Positions 20,401 through 28,660 of a DNA stretch of 64,000 nucleotides are shown here, piece after piece. A program made the position numbers and the translations under genes. Location: positions 186,396 to 250,395 of the IMG/VR virus record IMGVR_UViG_3300032038_000001; one strand, written 5' to 3'. Source of the DNA: a virus (lineage: Duplodnaviria; Caudoviricetes). Under the pieces are notes generated by a model. It saw nothing but the letters and a program-made list of their open reading frames with translations. It did no database searches and was not told where the DNA came from. Every line of letters begins with the position of its first letter. The first letter of the stretch is position 1.

Positions 20401-21568
20401 TCTGTTTAGTTATCAGTTGCAACTCTGCCATAAGCATTATACACATAGCCATAAAATTATCATAATATGCCATAAAAGATTTAAACTCATGCTGATAAAC
20501 TACGGTCATGATATAATCTCTACATTGGTCATATACATTAATAAATGTATCATACACATTTGATCTAACTATATTCTTATCAAGATATAATATAGAAAAA
20601 TTTTTGGCTTTTCTTGCAGTTTGTACGCTTATCCTATGGGAGCCCAAATAATTAAGATATGGAGATGCTTCAGCATTGGTAGTACCTTCAATATTTACTG
20701 AAGTATCAACCTTTTTCCATCCAGTATTTGTACCCATTATCCAATCATCGACAGTAAGTGACATACCAGCAAAAGAACCAACTGTTGTCACTCTATAGTA
20801 AATATTCTTATTAGCTTTATATCCGGTAATTGGAGTTGTATCATTGGTTAAATTTAATCTTATTGATGTAGTCTTTAATGCTGATCTTGCAGCAGGTGTA
20901 AGCGTAGCAACACCAGCGGATAATGAACCACCGTATATCATTGCTTCACTATGTGTTTGATATGCATTCTTTGAAGCATTCTTTAATATATCAATAAAGC
21001 CAGTTCCCTCAAGAATAACCATAAGTTGGTCACCTCTGTCTGGGAATTCAGGATCAAGATTATTATAATAATCTTGTATTTCATGTATTGGTATATTCGG
21101 GTCAATATTATATTTTTTACAATATTCACTATCGACATAGTAAAAAAATCTTTCGTCAGCCCCAATGTCTGGCTGTCCATTTAACATACGATAGTAATTA
21201 TTAGGTTCTTCATATTCATCAATAACTCGTTGCCTTCTTCTTTCCAGGAGTTTTTGTCTATACTGCGTACCTTTTCCAGTTTTCTCATTATAATTATCAA
21301 CAGGAATAGCACGGATATCTGTGAGAGCTTTTTTTCTTATTTCATAATCATATAAACCAACAGCATCAAAATCTTTTTCAGTATAGTCACGATATGTAAA
21401 AAATGTATCTTTTTTATCCAATGCATCCAAGTAGTTATTTGCATTTCGAGTCATTTCGACAGTCTCAAATTCATCAGCTTTATTATTATACTTAATTACC
21501 ATATTATTTAACATAATAAGGAATTCATTATAAAGGTTAGCCAATGGATTAATATATTCTAAACTCAA
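17486..21568 (-). CDS. Large virion structural protein (baseplate wedge-like) with C-terminal LamG/concanavalin-like domain
   Basis: 1360 aa, TTG start with RBS AAGGAG. YEEPNNYYRMLNG N-terminal motif. C-terminal DWHVIGISQSNNTIKIYIDGE is LamG-like. Variant late motif GACA-N6-TA at 21600-21611. Confidence 0.55.
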   Translation of the reverse strand: MSLEYINPLANLYNEFLIMLNNMVIKYNNKADEFETVEMTRNANNYLDALDKKDTFFTYRDYTEKDFDAVGLYDYEIRKKALTDIRAIPVDNYNEKTGKGTQYRQKLLERRRQRVIDEYEEPNNYYRMLNGQPDIGADERFFYYVDSEYCKKYNIDPNIPIHEIQDYYNNLDPEFPDRGDQLMVILEGTGFIDILKNASKNAYQTHSEAMIYGGSLSAGVATLTPAARSALKTTSIRLNLTNDTTPITGYKANKNIYYRVTTVGSFAGMSLTVDDWIMGTNTGWKKVDTSVNIEGTTNAEASPYLNYLGSHRISVQTARKAKNFSILYLDKNIVRSNVYDTFINVYDQCRDYIMTVVYQHEFKSFMAYYDNFMAMCIMLMAELQLITKQIPFEVKRNFFDTYAVRMLYEAYNMPYDIYADIDTQNLIAQNLNMIIINKATNKVIYNIANLLGFNNMTAYKYYLAKKHKMDQYGCPIFKTVEKFNTDTGYKETVPDYPAMYDIYFQKEELMENDFIRSFNSQVNRVEYNNITLDDAFWYEDQNLIDRKYQTEYNFVETKYLSLGLEYNMTEVLFENILLLKSIFHYKEVIDGVSVSIPKIINGATVSLFDTVILLICLVLRKHNLSGDIISLPTSIISVLDYLNSRNQTELGLVDTFSFDFDYLMSEDGIQDIENVKKSLGKIVHGLIDEDGNYYVFDNSPFYTYYSGSKTVDDKPVVLEKNVNHYTVENLIKEGKVVEGSIDIHGDDVDRFENYIKNVLALEGEQKSRAEKLEALNLVYKNIKGLYRFINEKLLDEDDKYRYNSLRTFYQAAFYAKEIQDIFTISYTDIDGSTQKRIAKSFFEYLYYINPMLYRSIFHFDIDEEYDIFKRTRNFPTFIYSTVDDPDSLLVVDDSDPLGENQIHYSDVTSHISNVKVGDRVKIFSNPEDYNGFKQAVNAGLIDVKYDNISGITEGEANNASFISSKIYYFINHIISRLKTLIDDINFSHMLNGVSSLLEELLMKMIKFIKSFTVDFIGLDIIFICDFKEENLLRLIDKVHYIDKTIVPKETLNFSFWDSISSYVNYNLNDNCKFADIIPKPWFTDPDNTGKMPSKRGIFAWYDSTSTITSVSTSVLLSNLMSGSSGSEGEIDSSISMLISSPAVELIDDYFNLIYDERYTNDPLSYNGGFFNVSPDYIIPDRYKYTAYIICKSDDIGDFTGFPDAGKGPSVRFISTPIVDIHSGLGTTNINIREYIPKTSSIELKNDFVEIITNKDVRDWHVIGISQSNNTIKIYIDGERCLDHTFSNLGDFDDGDTADFNVKVMPNNNIGKGFKDVHDGYSHYMCGIQMKAYLVANINHNSSELQENTKWLYNKYIGSLD

Positions 21569-21649
21569 AAGTAATCAGCTCCTTTTTATTTAGAGTTATT
21601 AAAAGATTGTCTTTTAATGAATATAATTTTTAGTAATATACAAAAATAT

Positions 21650-21661
21650 AACATAAAAATA
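21650..21661 (+). promoter_or_regulatory. Late promoter motif (AACATAAAAATA)
   Basis: AACA-N6-TA immediately before RBS AGGAGG. Confidence 0.65.
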
Positions 21662-21680
21662 CTAGGAGGGAACATAGAAA

Positions 21681-22307
21681 ATGGCAAAAGTATTACCAGA
21701 TATTATATTTAGTACTGAAAAAAATACACCAATCATAGATGCAAAGACATCATTTTATAATATCCCATATTATAAGAATATAGAATATTTTTCAAATTAT
21801 GAAAGTTATGTTAATTTCATAAAAGGTTGCGAAAAGCTTGTGAGACAGAATGATAGATACAGTAAATATATAAGATATCTAAAAAAAGAAATTAAACTTG
21901 ATAGATGTCAAGTTTTAAAAAATATTACTGATGAAGATGCATCAATTGAAATGCACCATGGACCGATATTTAATTTATTTGATTATTGTGCAATAGTCCT
22001 TGAATATTTTATACTTAAAAAGTGGAAAATAACGACTGCTCGTATTGCTGATGTTGTTCTTGATGAACATCAGAAAAATAGAATACAAGTAGTTATGGTT
22101 AGTGCATCAGTACATGAGCAGATACATGCTGGAAACATATTTATCAACTATCATCAAGCATATGGTAACCTAAAAGAATTTATAGACAAATATGGAATAG
22201 CAATAACTGATGAGTATAGAGAACAACTAAACAGATACATAGATCGGTCATTATTATATGACTCCAATGATTTCGGTGTTCTCGAATTAAATAAGAATTT
22301 AATATAA
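21681..22307 (+). CDS. HNH/His-Me-like protein (paralog of 30121..30795)
   Basis: RCQV...SIEMHHGP...VSASVHEQIH motif. Confidence 0.55.
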   Translation: MAKVLPDIIFSTEKNTPIIDAKTSFYNIPYYKNIEYFSNYESYVNFIKGCEKLVRQNDRYSKYIRYLKKEIKLDRCQVLKNITDEDASIEMHHGPIFNLFDYCAIVLEYFILKKWKITTARIADVVLDEHQKNRIQVVMVSASVHEQIHAGNIFINYHQAYGNLKEFIDKYGIAITDEYREQLNRYIDRSLLYDSNDFGVLELNKNLI

Positions 22308-22311
22308 AAAA

Positions 22312-22339
22312 AGAACGGTGAGATTTCTCTCACCGTTCT
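22312..22339. terminator. Bidirectional terminator between convergent genes
   Basis: AGAACGGTGAGA/TCTCACCGTTCT flanked by A and T runs. Confidence 0.75.
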
Positions 22340-22342
22340 CTT

Positions 22343-23431
22343 TTACACACTTTTAAACATCTCCTCCTTTTCCTGTGTTTCATACCCACGATTCCTTTCA
22401 ACCTTATCAGTCTTCCGTGGTACTAATACAGGAATTTTAATTTCGGTATCTGAAAAGTGGTCATCAACATTTTCGTTGATTGCCAACAGTTCTTTTCGGA
22501 GTTGTTTCTCAGTATATACCGAGAATGTCACCGGATAATACTGATGAACGTATCCGATGGCCTCATATGTTGTTGTAACTCCAGTTACAGCAACATATGA
22601 CTTTTCGAATCCCTTCGAATATATTTCATCATCCGAAGGTATGCTGGTATGAAAAATTCCCCAACATATTAAGGTTACGACAAACAATAAAATTGAAATA
22701 AATTTTATGTTTGTTTTTACCTTCTTTTCAAAACGGTCATCATTTTCAAGATGCCTTTTGATTGCAATAAACGCCTCGCAATCATGCGGCTCGATGCCCA
22801 TCTCAACACATTTGTTGTAGTATTTCTTGTAGTCATTATAGACTTTATCGTACGCACCGTACGGTTTAGTACTCACACGGTCGTACTCTTTTACACTACC
22901 GACGTCTTTTTCGACTCGACTTTTTCTTACCATTATTTCAGGTAAGAAAAGCTTGTCATTAAGATTGTCATTTACGACAATCTTAAACGGCAGGGTCTTA
23001 GCGCCCTTCTGTATAATATTATGATAAATATCATACAGAATTTGAGCATGACGACGTGGATACGACATCATTAACGCGTCCAGAAATACTTGCTCTTTGG
23101 GTGTAAAGTTTGTGTCATATTTCACTAACTTCACAATGAGATCGGAAAACTCATCAGAGTTTCCTTCAAACTCATAATATTCCACGTCGTCACCCTCAAC
23201 GACACGACGTGTCGTATCGTTGAAGTACTGTTGACGATATTCTATATCAGCTTCAGTTAAAAACCGATTAGAATACATCTCAGAGATGTATGTTAGTACA
23301 TCTTCATCACTGTGCTCTTCAAACAGTCTCTTATCAAGACCTCCGAAAAGCACAATCTTTCTTTTTCCTGTGAAAGGAGTAACTGTTAGAACAGTTAAAT
23401 CACCCTCACGTTTTAATGATAATTCATTCAT
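22343..23431 (-). CDS. Membrane protein with one TM helix and possible degenerate C-terminal LysM-like domain; early gene
   Basis: TM segment FISILLFVVTLICWGIF; RBS AGGAGG; early motif at 23476-23486. Confidence 0.6.
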   Translation of the reverse strand: MNELSLKREGDLTVLTVTPFTGKRKIVLFGGLDKRLFEEHSDEDVLTYISEMYSNRFLTEADIEYRQQYFNDTTRRVVEGDDVEYYEFEGNSDEFSDLIVKLVKYDTNFTPKEQVFLDALMMSYPRRHAQILYDIYHNIIQKGAKTLPFKIVVNDNLNDKLFLPEIMVRKSRVEKDVGSVKEYDRVSTKPYGAYDKVYNDYKKYYNKCVEMGIEPHDCEAFIAIKRHLENDDRFEKKVKTNIKFISILLFVVTLICWGIFHTSIPSDDEIYSKGFEKSYVAVTGVTTTYEAIGYVHQYYPVTFSVYTEKQLRKELLAINENVDDHFSDTEIKIPVLVPRKTDKVERNRGYETQEKEEMFKSV

Positions 23432-23573
23432 AATAATTAACCTCCTATTTTTTTATTAATGATGAATACATTTATATGATGTATAATTATGTATTTACAT
23501 TATACACTCATTTTAAAGTTATGTAGACGACATTATCATAACTTAAATATTAAATTATAATGGAGGAATTTTC

Positions 23574-24083
23574 ATGCCTTTTTTACATAATCAAATGATA
23601 ATGGAAATTATTATTTTCAGTTTAGTTTGTGTTGGAGCAATAACTATAATGTACGGTTTTATAACGATTATTACATTAATGAGACAAATTCGTATTAGAC
23701 TTAAGGCTAAAACTGAAATTGAGATAGCGAATCTAACTAAACCGATAGATAGAACATTGCCAACAAACACACAAATTGAAATAACTAAGGATGTAATGGA
23801 CTTAATTAATCAACTAATTCAAATAGAAAGTGATGCTAAATTAAAAATATACGCACCACTAAATAGAAAATATGAATATACAACTTTAGCTGAAGACATT
23901 GAGAGCATATCTAAATCCGTATATGAGGGATTACGAAAAGAAATGATATTCGATAATCCCAATGTATTTATATCTAATGAATATATTATGAAATACATTT
24001 CTCAGCAAGCTAGTATTATATTTATGGGTCTAGTTCTTCAGTATAATAATAATTATCGAAACCCAGATACTACGGATTTATAA
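23574..24083 (+). CDS. Hypothetical membrane protein with N-terminal TM helix
   Basis: IIIFSLVCVGAITIMYGFITIITL; RBS GGAGG; variant late motif GACA-N6-TA at 23529-23540. Confidence 0.6.
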   Translation: MPFLHNQMIMEIIIFSLVCVGAITIMYGFITIITLMRQIRIRLKAKTEIEIANLTKPIDRTLPTNTQIEITKDVMDLINQLIQIESDAKLKIYAPLNRKYEYTTLAEDIESISKSVYEGLRKEMIFDNPNVFISNEYIMKYISQQASIIFMGLVLQYNNNYRNPDTTDL

Positions 24084-24085
24084 AA

Positions 24086-24127
24086 AAATAAGTGGAAGAA
24101 ATCATATATGATTTCTTCCACTTATTT
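24086..24127. terminator. Perfect 42-bp palindrome; bidirectional terminator
   Basis: AAATAAGTGGAAGAAATCATA|TATGATTTCTTCCACTTATTT between convergent genes. Confidence 0.75.
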
Positions 24128-24130
24128 ATG

Positions 24131-24796
24131 TTATATATTCCAGATACATTGATGTATTCTTCTTATAACCTCTGCATCAAATAGAGAGTTATGCTTAATT
24201 CCTGTAGGAAGTTTAACATTAAGAGATTCAAGTATCTTTTCTCTACTCATTGAAAATGCACATGCATCAGTTGTATCTGCTTTCTTTCTAGCATTTTCAT
24301 CCATATAAAGATGAAGCGCAATATCTTGATTTATATCATGGCAAACAGGCGATATCCAGTTAGGTAACTGGATAGCAGTATATTCAGGATTATTAAGAAT
24401 CAAATCAATTAAAAGTACGAAATCATAATGAGACACATCGCTTACAAATTGTATGCGTCTATCTGAATACTGTGAAAGCCATTCACGAAGTTTTTCGGAT
24501 ATTTCTTCTCGCCGTCCAGTCATTGTCCAATAATCACGATATTCATCGAAATGATTCTCTGGTGATGAGAGATTACTGATAACGTTTTCATCTATCCAAT
24601 CATCTACTTGTGAACTATTATAATCCTCAAATTCTGCATAGAATTTTTTACCATTACAGTCAACAAGACCAATGGATATCAAAGTTGTGTCCTTTCTCAA
24701 ACCAGTGAATTCAGTATCAAAATATATGAAACATGTTCTATCACCGGGTGTGTAATCAATGTTATTGATTTCATTATTGTTTAGCATAGCTATCAT
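24131..24796 (-). CDS. DEDDh 3'-5' exonuclease (RNase AS/Rv2179c-like)
   Basis: IYFDTEFTGL...LISIGLV, YDFVLL, HDI, HNSLFDA. Confidence 0.8.
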   Translation of the reverse strand: MIAMLNNNEINNIDYTPGDRTCFIYFDTEFTGLRKDTTLISIGLVDCNGKKFYAEFEDYNSSQVDDWIDENVISNLSSPENHFDEYRDYWTMTGRREEISEKLREWLSQYSDRRIQFVSDVSHYDFVLLIDLILNNPEYTAIQLPNWISPVCHDINQDIALHLYMDENARKKADTTDACAFSMSREKILESLNVKLPTGIKHNSLFDAEVIRRIHQCIWNI

Positions 24797-24804
24797 TTCC
24801 TTTC

Positions 24805-25563
24805 TTACAATGGTATTTTAATTAATTTTAATAATATATTGAAATAATTATAAGATATATCAACTTGGTCTTTCTCATCTTCCCAATATTGCATATACTT
24901 ATTATCATCTCCTATGATTGTAAAATCTGATTTTTCGTTAAAATTACGATAAAATCCTAATGCTAATTCTCGTGATTTATATTTATCAATAAAAGACCTA
25001 GTAAAGTCTATTACAGTTTTACTATCAGATGTTTCCATCTTTTTAAAATATAAACGAAGAAATTTAATCATATATTCATTATGAAGTTTAGTTCGTTCAT
25101 CACCTATCCCTTTTACTGAAAAATCATCAGGACTATAATATAGTTCTAATCGTTTTCCTAAACGAATATATGATGAATAATAATGTTTGGGACGAAAATT
25201 TATATGTTTACCTATTTCTTGATGACTACAATACTTAATTACAAATATAGCGTCTTTCTTAATAGATATAACATCATTTTCATCTATATCATTCATCACG
25301 AAAAATGAATGTCTAGCATCTTGAAAAGCCAGTTTTAAGTTAGATTTTAAATCTTCATTTTTTATTTGTATCTTACCAATTTGTATCTTCCTTTTATCTT
25401 TACTCATTTTTTTAAGTTGAGATATTGTGTCGTTGGGAAGAAGTCCATATTCCTGTATTAATGAGAAACCAGCTTCTTTCATATCATATTCAATAATATC
25501 TTTATTGAAAGTGTATATGATATTATCATTAAGAAAAGTATCTTTTTCCCATATATTTTCCAA
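24805..25563 (-). CDS. Minimal DNA-polymerase-palm-like protein (PolB-related)
   Basis: IIEYDMKEAG resembles motif A, ISIKKDAIF resembles motif C, and FSVKGI resembles the PolB KG motif. Only 252 aa. Confidence 0.45.
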   Translation of the reverse strand: MENIWEKDTFLNDNIIYTFNKDIIEYDMKEAGFSLIQEYGLLPNDTISQLKKMSKDKRKIQIGKIQIKNEDLKSNLKLAFQDARHSFFVMNDIDENDVISIKKDAIFVIKYCSHQEIGKHINFRPKHYYSSYIRLGKRLELYYSPDDFSVKGIGDERTKLHNEYMIKFLRLYFKKMETSDSKTVIDFTRSFIDKYKSRELALGFYRNFNEKSDFTIIGDDNKYMQYWEDEKDQVDISYNYFNILLKLIKIPL

Positions 25564-25599
25564 TATGCATCACATTCTTTCATATTTTTAATTAAAAAA

Positions 25600-25629
25600 A
25601 TGTGTGACGTTTTATAAAACGTCACACAT
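25600..25629. terminator. Perfect 30-bp palindrome; terminator for the minus-strand operon
   Basis: ATGTGTGACGTTTTA|TAAAACGTCACACAT preceded by an A run. Confidence 0.65.
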
Positions 25630-25636
25630 ACATTTT

Positions 25637-26299
25637 TTAGTTCAGAACAAAGAGCTCATAAACTTCAACCATCTCTTTTCGACTCATACCATCAATATAT
25701 AGGTCTCGTCTTTCGAGTTCTTTTTTCATTTTCTTTTTCGGCAATGATTTGAATTCTTTTTTGAGTTCTTGTCGCCCTCGTTCGGTTTTCATTTTTTCAT
25801 GACGACTTTTTAAGGAAGCTTCTTTACAATATTTTTTACATTCTTTAAGAACTTCCTTTTTCTTATACTTTAGTAGCCCAATCTTACCTTTTGAATACTT
25901 TCGATATTCATACACAGGATAGCCAAATGTTAAGTATATATACTCAGAAAGATATTGTAAATAATGAAGTTTATCTTCATTTTTTGCACATATAAAAATT
26001 ATATTATAATCTTTCTCTATACAACCCATAACCAAAATAGCTAAGAGTGCACGCTTTTCATCGAGCTGTTCAAAATATGCTTCCCGTTTAGACTCTTCGT
26101 CTAGTTTAAGCATAGACGAAGAGTTAGGAAACAGGTCATTATGAGCCAGTACAATATTGTCAAATCTATTACTACTTTTACGTATTCTTGTAGAAATGAC
26201 CACATACTGTGCATCCAAAATGGCATCATCCGGTTCATTTTCCAGAAAATCATTTTGGAATACCTTGCTGTTCATAATGAACATCATACGATGAATCAC
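25637..26299 (-). CDS. Hypothetical protein, weakly DUF488-like, with basic C-terminal helix-turn-helix-like tail
   Basis: LFPNS...AYFEQL...IIFIC...LQYLSEYI pattern; C-terminal KKELERRDL...SRKEMVE. Confidence 0.45.
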   Translation of the reverse strand: MIHRMMFIMNSKVFQNDFLENEPDDAILDAQYVVISTRIRKSSNRFDNIVLAHNDLFPNSSSMLKLDEESKREAYFEQLDEKRALLAILVMGCIEKDYNIIFICAKNEDKLHYLQYLSEYIYLTFGYPVYEYRKYSKGKIGLLKYKKKEVLKECKKYCKEASLKSRHEKMKTERGRQELKKEFKSLPKKKMKKELERRDLYIDGMSRKEMVEVYELFVLN

Positions 26300-26302
26300 T
26301 CC

Positions 26303-27595
26303 TTATTTTTTGTGTCTTATAGGAAGTTTCATTGAACCATCATTATCAGACTTCAATGATTCTATTTTAGTTTCTTCTGATGTTTCATTAATATCAAAAT
26401 CAATTTCATCAGCAGATATTTCCATTATTTCTTCATCAGTATCATCATCCCTTATAGGTTCATATGGGGAAAATTCATTATAGTTTATATTATCTGATGA
26501 AGTATCGTTTTCGTCATCCTCTTCTTCGTTGTCGTCTTCATCTACTCCTTCATCAGTGTCATCATCCCTTATAGGTTCATAAGGGAAGAATTCGTTATAG
26601 TCTATATTATCTGATGAAGTATCGTTTTCGTCATCTTCGTCTTCGTCTTCATCAGTATCAAGAAGTTCTTCATAAATAGTTTTGACGGTTCTTTCTAAAA
26701 CATCGTCATCATAAATATCATACTCATTGTGAGCATTGATATCTCCTATGGCGTTAAAAATAGTATCTGAATCATTATCGATTAAATTCAGATACCTTTT
26801 AACAGCATCTTCACCCCGTAAATTCTTTACAGCAGTTACATAGTTGCTGTTATAACGATAAAATGCGACATTACCGAGTTCCGACTGGGTAGCAGCGTTA
26901 ACCCAGAATTTGAGTCTCTGAACATCATCTGTCAATCCAAATATATCAGGAAGTGTCATAAGCGTCTTATGATCACTGTCACTAATATAGTAGAGGCAGT
27001 AGTGACCACTTATTGCAACAATAAAGAATTTATTTGTATTTATATTTCTATATCTTCTGAACAAGTTTTCGTATTCATCCAGTGTTACTATTGCGAATGG
27101 ATGCTTATTAATTAATGTAAAGCGCATTAATGTTTCACATACATCACCAATATAATCAGCATCATAATCAGCAGTATATACACTACTATTCAAATCTACA
27201 TATTCAAGTGTCGGAATTGATAATACAGTGGGTGCAATTCCATCATCTATTACAATCCTCCCAAGATTGTAATTATATGATACATGTATACCATCTGTAT
27301 CATCAATTGAAGGAGTGTCTATGACATGTGGATCAGACACTTCTTCAATCTCCTCAAATATAAGAGGATTAAATGCTTCTTCTATATCGTATGACGGTGC
27401 TGTCGGCTCATCGTTACTCAAAGTTGCGACCTTTTTATTGCGTGATTTGATACGGTTGTTTAAATCGTTAACAAACCCAGTAGGTCTGTCACAACCCATG
27501 AATTCATCAATCGAAATTTCATTAGCTTCCAGTTCAGCTAACCGGTTCATTGCATCCAGCTGGTTGCATTCTTTGTTATATTTCTTTTTACTCAT
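26303..27595 (-). CDS. Acidic hypothetical protein with duplicated C-terminal segment
   Basis: 430 aa; DDENDTSSDNIxYNEFxPYEPIRDDDTDE occurs twice. Confidence 0.65.
   Translation of the reverse strand: MSKKKYNKECNQLDAMNRLAELEANEISIDEFMGCDRPTGFVNDLNNRIKSRNKKVATLSNDEPTAPSYDIEEAFNPLIFEEIEEVSDPHVIDTPSIDDTDGIHVSYNYNLGRIVIDDGIAPTVLSIPTLEYVDLNSSVYTADYDADYIGDVCETLMRFTLINKHPFAIVTLDEYENLFRRYRNINTNKFFIVAISGHYCLYYISDSDHKTLMTLPDIFGLTDDVQRLKFWVNAATQSELGNVAFYRYNSNYVTAVKNLRGEDAVKRYLNLIDNDSDTIFNAIGDINAHNEYDIYDDDVLERTVKTIYEELLDTDEDEDEDDENDTSSDNIDYNEFFPYEPIRDDDTDEGVDEDDNEEEDDENDTSSDNINYNEFSPYEPIRDDDTDEEIMEISADEIDFDINETSEETKIESLKSDNDGSMKLPIRHKK
26431..26645. repeat. 117-bp (39-aa) tandem duplication
   Basis: CTTCATCAGT anchor at 26431 and 26548. 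Confidence 0.8.
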
Positions 27596-27618
27596 TATAA
27601 TTTACTTCCTTTCAAAAA

Positions 27619-28509
27619 TCAATTTTCATCAAAATCATCAAAGCCAAACATTAAGCTTTGTTCTTTACGTTTTTTCTTTTCGGCTTTTAAAGCTTTCCTA
27701 GCTTCATCAGCAGGGTCAACTTTCTTTTTCTTCTTCTTTTCAGGCTTTATATTTTCAAAGTCTGGATTTACTGGTACCAGTTCTTCAGGCTTTGTTATAT
27801 TATACCCGAGTCGACGAATATCACCGATTTCATCTTCTTGATTCTTTGCAGTTATACGTTTCCGTATTTCTGCAAATCTATACTTTTTCCCACAATGTGG
27901 GCAAATTAAGACATTGTAATCTTTATCATAATTTAGTATGCTCTCATCGTCGCAAGTGCATACAAATAATTTATACTTGACCGAGTATATATACGCAAAA
28001 TCAAGTATGCATATTGTACCGTCATTACGTAAACCCCAGTTTACGTAATTCTTACCGCTTATTCCAACATCTCCTATCAAGAAGAAATTCGAAATCTCCG
28101 ATAAGATTTCACGCATATCTTCTTGATAACTATGAAAGTCATCGAGTGTGAATATGCTGACGTATTCCGTTACTGCCAGCAAGCCGTTCTGTGTACATTC
28201 ATACACTTTTACGACATGCGGTTGTAACTCTCGTGTATATAAGAATTCACGGCGGTTGTCTATCATACCATCTTTATCTAATCCGATTTTAACAGCATAC
28301 CCATCTATTAAAACGGCCATTCTGTTTGTTCCGCTTCCTAATGAAGTATATGGTACGTTATACTTTGTCAGAAGATCCTTGATAATTTTACCTTTTTCAT
28401 TATTATCAAGGATATGCTCCAATGTAACTTTAAAGATTTCATCCTTAAGTTCCATGGAGAAATAATTCTGAATAAGTGATCTCCTTTTAATCATTTGAGG
28501 CTCACTCAT
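27619..28509 (-). CDS. Protein-kinase-like fold protein with C-terminal Zn ribbon
   Basis: LGSGTNR (Gly loop), YAVKI, RREF (alphaC Glu), GDVG...YVNWG (catalytic D..N), ILDFAY (DFG-like), CTC...CPHC. Real start is ATG 28509 with RBS AAGGGAG. Confidence 0.75.
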   Translation of the reverse strand: MSEPQMIKRRSLIQNYFSMELKDEIFKVTLEHILDNNEKGKIIKDLLTKYNVPYTSLGSGTNRMAVLIDGYAVKIGLDKDGMIDNRREFLYTRELQPHVVKVYECTQNGLLAVTEYVSIFTLDDFHSYQEDMREILSEISNFFLIGDVGISGKNYVNWGLRNDGTICILDFAYIYSVKYKLFVCTCDDESILNYDKDYNVLICPHCGKKYRFAEIRKRITAKNQEDEIGDIRRLGYNITKPEELVPVNPDFENIKPEKKKKKKVDPADEARKALKAEKKKRKEQSLMFGFDDFDEN

Positions 28510-28660
28510 TTTTATCACTCCCTTTATAAATATTATCCCATGACCAATCCAATGATTCTTCTTTATAATCATCAAAATCTTCATGTGAACTTTCAACTGT
28601 ATTTAGCAGAATACAATCAATCGCTTCTCTTGCATTATGCTTATATGATTTTAATACATC

